From NCBI GenBank assembly GCA_015522145.1, contig WAMV01000014.1, positions 1 through 11,317 of the forward strand: 11,317 bases of DNA, given 5' to 3'. Position numbers and translations under genes: made by a program. The notes below the pieces were generated by a model, which was not told the DNA's origin, made no database searches, and saw only the letters and a list, made by a program, of their open reading frames with translations. Positions 6,880-11,317 of this stretch are shown piece after piece (position 1 is the stretch's first letter; every line of letters begins with the position of its first letter). The stretch comes from Candidatus Aenigmatarchaeota archaeon. GTDB lineage: Archaea; Aenigmatarchaeota; Aenigmatarchaeia; CG10238-14; WAMV01.

Positions 6880-7317
6880 TTATTCAACTATTAAGGTTCC
6901 CCTCATTTGAGCGTGACCTGCTCCGCAATATATACTACAGTAGAACTCAAAGTTTCCTGTTTTGTCTGCAACAAACTCAACAACTGTTGTTTGTTCTGGT
7001 CTGACAGGCACGTTTATGCCAAACGCTGGAAGGGCAAACCCATGAACCACGTCTTCGCTGGTTATCTCTATCCTTACTAAATCACCCTTCTTAACTCTTA
7101 TTATGTTTGGTTCAAACTCAAACTGTCGTGCAATCATTTGTATTGTTACTTGATTTTGTGTTTCTTGAGGTGATGTTTGTTCTTCAAGAGCAGGTGGAGA
7201 TGTAACATTTCCCTCAGGCAATGATGGAATTTCTGGTGTTGTTTCAACTGTTTGTTGAGTTGAAACACATCCAGCTAGAAATATTAGAAAGAATACTGGC
7301 AAATAGTTTTTGAGCAT
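6880..7317 (-). CDS. Lipoprotein with CuA-type cupredoxin domain (cytochrome c oxidase subunit II / NosZ C-terminal-like)
   Basis: Lipobox LAGC after a hydrophobic signal; Pro/Thr/Glu/Gln-rich linker; DVVHGF plus CSIYCGAGHAQM supply the His, Cys, Cys, His, Met ligand set of a CuA centre. Confidence 0.88.
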   Translation of the reverse strand: MLKNYLPVFFLIFLAGCVSTQQTVETTPEIPSLPEGNVTSPPALEEQTSPQETQNQVTIQMIARQFEFEPNIIRVKKGDLVRIEITSEDVVHGFALPAFGINVPVRPEQTTVVEFVADKTGNFEFYCSIYCGAGHAQMRGTLIVE

Positions 7318-7343
7318 AACTAAGAATTTGAAGCATTTAGTTT

Positions 7344-8300
7344 TTAAGCTTTTGCTATATAGCTAATTTTAGCAAGCAAAGCAGCTATCTGGATTTGGGG
7401 GTCGCCTCCTTCAGATATTCTAAATTCATGCTCTCCAACTTCCTTAATTATTTCCATTTTTTTACTATCTGGTATTTTCAAATTAAAAACTTCTTTGTAA
7501 ATTTGTTTGACAATATCCTCACCAGCTAAACCCTGCTTAACAATAAGCTCAATAAGCTTCTCTCTAGCTTTTGCAAATTTTCCTTCTATTGCTTGACTAA
7601 TCATCTCTTTTATATCTTCTGGTCTGGCAAGACTGGCAACGTCATATATAACGTTAGCATTTATTTTATCGGTAATGGATGCTGCCGCCTGCAGTAAGTT
7701 ACATACCCTTCTCAAATCTCCTTCTGCTATATCTATTATAGCCTCTATCCCACCTTTTTCTATTTTTAAGCCTTCATTCTTAGCTATACGCTCTATAAAT
7801 TTTTTAACATGCTCATCGCTCATTGCCCTAAATCGAAAAACAACACACCTGGATTGTATCGGATCTATAATCTTGCTTGAATAGTTGGCTATGAGTATAA
7901 ATCTTGTTATGTCACTAAAATCTTCCATTGTTCTACGTAAAGCTTGCTGGGCATCGCTAGTCATAGCGTCAGCCTCGTCAAGAATTATAAGCTTAAAAGG
8001 CACATCGCCTATAGGCTTAGTTCTAGCGAAATCTTTAACCCTGCCTCTAATAACATCAATACCTCTAGCATCGCTAGCGTTTAAACTTAATATGTTTTGC
8101 CTCCAGGATTGACCGTAAAGTGTTCTAGCTATTACTAGCGCGGTTGTTGTTTTACCGGTGCCTGCTGGGCCTGCAAAAAGCAGGTGGGGCAAATTTTTTT
8201 CCTTAACAAAAGATTCCACACGTTTGATAACATGCTCCTGATTTATTATTTCTTCAAACTTTTTTGGTCTATATTTCTCTGCCCAAATTTCGAACACCAT
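7344..8300 (-). CDS. rfcS: Replication factor C small subunit
   Basis: WAEKYRP, GPAGTGKT, LNASDARG, LDEAD, AQQALRRTME, IQSRC (SRC arginine finger); no intein. Confidence 0.98.
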   Translation of the reverse strand: MVFEIWAEKYRPKKFEEIINQEHVIKRVESFVKEKNLPHLLFAGPAGTGKTTTALVIARTLYGQSWRQNILSLNASDARGIDVIRGRVKDFARTKPIGDVPFKLIILDEADAMTSDAQQALRRTMEDFSDITRFILIANYSSKIIDPIQSRCVVFRFRAMSDEHVKKFIERIAKNEGLKIEKGGIEAIIDIAEGDLRRVCNLLQAAASITDKINANVIYDVASLARPEDIKEMISQAIEGKFAKAREKLIELIVKQGLAGEDIVKQIYKEVFNLKIPDSKKMEIIKEVGEHEFRISEGGDPQIQIAALLAKISYIAKA

Positions 8301-8325
8301 ACTAAATTAATGTATGGCTTAGTCA

Positions 8326-8347
8326 TTTTTAAGGTTAATTTTAAATA
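8326..8347. promoter_or_regulatory. Divergent TATA-box candidates for rfcS (-) and the GTPase gene (+)
   Basis: CTTAAAAA on the minus strand at 8326-8333 (26-33 nt before 8300); TTTAAATA at 8340-8347 (24-31 nt before ATG 8371). Confidence 0.5.
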
Positions 8348-8370
8348 AAGTGTACAAACTCTTTTTCTTC

Positions 8371-9927
8371 ATGAAAATCCCAAAAAAAGAAAACAAAAAC
8401 ATAGAGTTTAAAGAAAAGTTAAAGGTAGATGTTCATCTAAAAAAATCAAAAAAGCAGCATTTAGCTACGCAAATGAAATATTTGTTGGAAGTTGGTAATG
8501 GGATTGCTGTCTATATCTTAGGTGTTAAAGATAATGGCTACCCAGCAAATATTAGTGATTTTGAATTGGAAGAAAGTATAAACGTTTTGAGCTATATAGC
8601 TAAGGAAGTCGGAGCTTATGTCTATAAGGTAGAAAAATATGAAGAAAATGGTAGCAAAATAGCTAAAGTTATTGTAAGATATGGAACACATCCTAAAAAG
8701 GAGCATATAATCGTAGCAACAGCAGGCCATGTTTCCCATGGCAAATCAACTCTTATAGCCACTCTAATGCTGGGCAAGCCAGACCTGAAGGGTAAAAACT
8801 GGCTATACATAAACGTTTTGCCCCACGAAATAGAAAGGGGTTTGACTGCAGATCTGCACCACGCTTTTATAGCTTTTAAAAATAATAAACCCCTGTATTT
8901 TAAGAACCCCCTGAACGTAAAAGAAAAACAAAAATTATTTTTGGAAAGTGATAAGATTGTTAGCTTTGTTGACACAGTTGGGCATGAGCCGTGGATAAGA
9001 ACCACTATAAGGGGAATAGTGGGTCAAGACATAGATTATGGACTTTTGGTAGTGGCTAGCGATGATAGCGTTACCCACATAACAAAAGAGCATTTAGGAA
9101 TTTTGCTCTCTATGCATATTCCTGTCATCGTTGTGATAACAAAAATAGATAAAGTTAGCAAAACAAAAGTGCAAAGAACTATGGAGGATGTAGAAAAATT
9201 GCTAAAAAGGGTTGGTAAGATACCATTCATGGTAAAAAATGAGTCAGACATAGTTACATGTTTAGATAAATTAGACTTAGTTACTCCGATAATATTAACT
9301 TCTGCGAAAACTAGGGAAGGTTATGAATTGCTTGAAAAACTTCTTAATATTTTGCCTCCAAGAGAAAGAAAAAAGAGTGATGAAGTTTTGATGTACATTG
9401 ATAAGGTTTATAACATAAGTGGTGTTGGAGCTGTCGTGTCTGGAACAATAAAAATAGGTAAAATTAAAATAGGTGATGAGCTCTTATTGGGACCTTTTGG
9501 TAATAGTTTTAGAAAAGTTAGAGTTGGTAGCATACAAATACACTATCAGGATGTTAAAGAAGTTGACGCTGGATTTATTGTAGGAATTTCTTTAAGGGGC
9601 GTGAAGCCCAGTGAAATAAGAAGAGGTATGGTACTTACAAACAAAAAGAAGCTAGCTAAAGCTGTAAGAAGGTTTGAAGCTGAAATAATGGTGCTCACTC
9701 ACCCCACAAAAATAACCAATGGTTATGAACCGGTATTACATTGTAATACTATATCTCAAACTGTTAAGCTAAAATTACTAGATAAGGATTACCTAAAATC
9801 TGGAGAGACTGGAAGAGTTATTATGGAGTTTAAGTACAGGCCTGAAGTTGTTTTTGAAAATGAAAAATTTGTTTTTAGAGAGGGGAAGACAAAAGGTATA
9901 GGTAAAATAATTAAGGTTCTGGATTAG
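8371..9927 (+). CDS. Translational GTPase of the GTPBP1/aGPBP family (EF-Tu/EF-1A superfamily) with N-terminal extra domain
   Basis: G1 GHVSHGKST, switch I EIERGLT, G3 DTVGHEPWIRTTIRG, G4 TKID, EF-Tu-like domains II/III ending FREGKTKGIG; N-terminal NIEFK...LATQMKY...G.A.Y.LGV.DNG domain typical of this family. ATG 8371 preferred over GTG 8350 from TATA spacing. Confidence 0.9.
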   Translation: MKIPKKENKNIEFKEKLKVDVHLKKSKKQHLATQMKYLLEVGNGIAVYILGVKDNGYPANISDFELEESINVLSYIAKEVGAYVYKVEKYEENGSKIAKVIVRYGTHPKKEHIIVATAGHVSHGKSTLIATLMLGKPDLKGKNWLYINVLPHEIERGLTADLHHAFIAFKNNKPLYFKNPLNVKEKQKLFLESDKIVSFVDTVGHEPWIRTTIRGIVGQDIDYGLLVVASDDSVTHITKEHLGILLSMHIPVIVVITKIDKVSKTKVQRTMEDVEKLLKRVGKIPFMVKNESDIVTCLDKLDLVTPIILTSAKTREGYELLEKLLNILPPRERKKSDEVLMYIDKVYNISGVGAVVSGTIKIGKIKIGDELLLGPFGNSFRKVRVGSIQIHYQDVKEVDAGFIVGISLRGVKPSEIRRGMVLTNKKKLAKAVRRFEAEIMVLTHPTKITNGYEPVLHCNTISQTVKLKLLDKDYLKSGETGRVIMEFKYRPEVVFENEKFVFREGKTKGIGKIIKVLD

Positions 9928-11172
9928 CTATATAACTGCTGTGCCCCCTGCATGCCATGACTTCCTAGGTCTCACTTGAATTCTTATTATTCTTTCTAAG
10001 TTATCATCCAGAATTATAGCTGCGCCCGGAAATTTAGGAAGTTTAGATAGCATAACCTCTATATCTTCTTTAACGTAGGTTTGCATTATTGTGTGCAGGG
10101 CCTCTATATCTTCTTTACTTGTTATTCTGAAACAAAAAACGATATCTGTTTGTCTTAAAACATCTGAATGGATTTTATTGGGCATTTGAGTTATGACAAC
10201 TAGTCCTATTCCCGGTTCTCTTCCCTGTTTGGCAATTGTTAATAACGGCTCTGTTGATGTTGTTTCTCCTTGACTAGGAATAAAATTATGAGCTTCTTCC
10301 AAAAACAACCACACAAAAGGAAATTTTTTCTCAATTTTTTCTCCTTTCAGCTTTAGAGACTCTTCCAATTTTCGAGATTGTAGCCTTGAATGATAAATTT
10401 TTCTAGCAAGCCAAGCAACCAACAAGTTTTTTAACCCAAACTCATCACCCTGTAATCGGGATACATCTATTATAACCACTTTACCTCCCTCAACGATATC
10501 TGAGAGTTTTAAACCTTTTCTGGAAAAAATGTTGAAGGTGTTTACAGAAGTAAAAACATTCAATAGATAATTTTTTACTTTTTGAGTTATGGAATTATCG
10601 TCCTTTATAGCATCAATAATATCATCCATTTCGTACTCTGCGGGCAGTTTTGAAAAAATTTTTATTAGGGTTATAGCTTCTTCAGAATTTCTGTTTAGAT
10701 TCAAAGCCAAAATCCAATCATTAGCACTAAACTCGCTAAGGGATAGAGTTAATACATCATCATAAGGAATATTTGCCTGTTTATAATCTTGGGCTACAGG
10801 GGCAGGAATAATTATTTTTACATCTTTGTATTTTTTGGGTTTGAGATTCCACTCCTCTAACATTTTTTTCTGCTCCTTATTCTCAAATTTTAAACTCCAA
10901 TAAATTCCCATAGGGTCAACAACAATAAAACAGGCTTCCTTTTTTACTTTTTCTTCCAACTCTAAAAATTCTTCCAAAATTACTCCAGCAGCATAACTTT
11001 TACCACTACCTCTTTTACCTGCTATAAGAATAACATGGGGTTTTTGAAAATCAAGATAAATTTTTGAGGTTAGGTGTATGTCTTCTCCCTCCCCAACAAT
11101 GTATCTGCCTATATAACCTGCATCCCGAATAAACAAGTTGTCTTTTTTTCTACCGACTACTATTTCCTGCAT
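9928..11172 (-). CDS. HerA/FtsK-superfamily ATPase (DUF87-type)
   Basis: Walker A GKRGSGKS, VVDPMG, Walker B LFLEEAH, arginine-finger KQGREPG, ITQ motif; too short N-terminally to hold a HAS barrel. Confidence 0.88.
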   Translation of the reverse strand: MQEIVVGRKKDNLFIRDAGYIGRYIVGEGEDIHLTSKIYLDFQKPHVILIAGKRGSGKSYAAGVILEEFLELEEKVKKEACFIVVDPMGIYWSLKFENKEQKKMLEEWNLKPKKYKDVKIIIPAPVAQDYKQANIPYDDVLTLSLSEFSANDWILALNLNRNSEEAITLIKIFSKLPAEYEMDDIIDAIKDDNSITQKVKNYLLNVFTSVNTFNIFSRKGLKLSDIVEGGKVVIIDVSRLQGDEFGLKNLLVAWLARKIYHSRLQSRKLEESLKLKGEKIEKKFPFVWLFLEEAHNFIPSQGETTSTEPLLTIAKQGREPGIGLVVITQMPNKIHSDVLRQTDIVFCFRITSKEDIEALHTIMQTYVKEDIEVMLSKLPKFPGAAIILDDNLERIIRIQVRPRKSWHAGGTAVI

Positions 11173-11209
11173 AAAATATTTTAGATTAGTACATGCTAAA
11201 AAGAAATAG

Positions 11210-11283
11210 GGGGCCGTAGTCTAGCTTGGTTAGGACGCAGCCTTGGGGTGGCTGTAGCCCGGGTTCAAATCCCGGCGGCCCCA
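11210..11283 (+). tRNA. tRNA-Pro (anticodon GGG), intronless, CCA not encoded
   Basis: Acceptor GGGGCCG/CGGCCCC plus discriminator A; D stem GTCT/GGAC; anticodon stem CAGCC/GGCTG with loop TTGGGGT (GGG at 11245-11247); T arm CCGGG-TTCAAAT-CCCGG. Confidence 0.97.
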
Positions 11284-11317
11284 TTATAAGAAACTTTTAT
11301 TTCGAAATCTATTTCTT

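Noticed and set aside
6880..7317. Calling this gene coxB of an aerobic respiratory chain
   Set aside because: No transmembrane hairpin, no CxExC Glu and no other oxidase subunit in the window.
5956..9251. Short ORFs 5956-6201, 7675-7884, 7885-8112, 8518-8739, 8622-9005, 9036-9251
   Set aside because: Antisense shadows within rfcL, rfcS and the GTPase gene.
8371..9927. Calling the GTPase EF-1alpha, SelB or aIF2-gamma
   Set aside because: The N-terminal extra domain and DTVGHEPW motif fit the GTPBP1/aGPBP family instead.
11210..11317. tRNA 3' end as an integration site; palindrome ATTTCGAAAT at 11299-11308
   Set aside because: No integrase or duplicated tRNA end visible; only 34 bp of downstream sequence, and a 10-bp AT-rich palindrome is unremarkable.
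1..11317. Frequent AGCT/CTAG/GCTAGC words
   Set aside because: Plausibly explained by GCT/AGC/CTA codon usage; not testable without a genome-wide background model.

Overview
Very compact, AT-rich archaeal chromosome segment; gene content and near-zero intergenic space suggest a DPANN archaeon such as Aenigmarchaeota, but that is inference. It is an information-processing cluster: a partial membrane-protein gene and RNase HII (-); a stand-alone PD-(D/E)XK nuclease, TBP, MCM, an RPA32-like OB+winged-helix protein, aIF2-beta, DUF424 and a class III (pilin-like) signal-peptide protein (+); RFC large subunit, a CuA-type cupredoxin lipoprotein and RFC small subunit (-); a GTPBP1-family translational GTPase (+); a HerA/DUF87-like ATPase (-); and tRNA-Pro(GGG) (+). 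I found no mobile element, CRISPR array or intein. The most striking signal is inside tbp: its two ancient repeats share three DNA-identical tracts (17, 38 and 31 bp, all offset 273 bp) while synonymous sites outside them are mostly different, pointing to intragenic gene conversion. Secondary points are an orphan CuA lipoprotein splitting rfcS-rfcL, overlapping divergent promoters positioned for leaderless transcripts (including the tRNA), and a P-loop Asp-to-Ser change in the GTPase.
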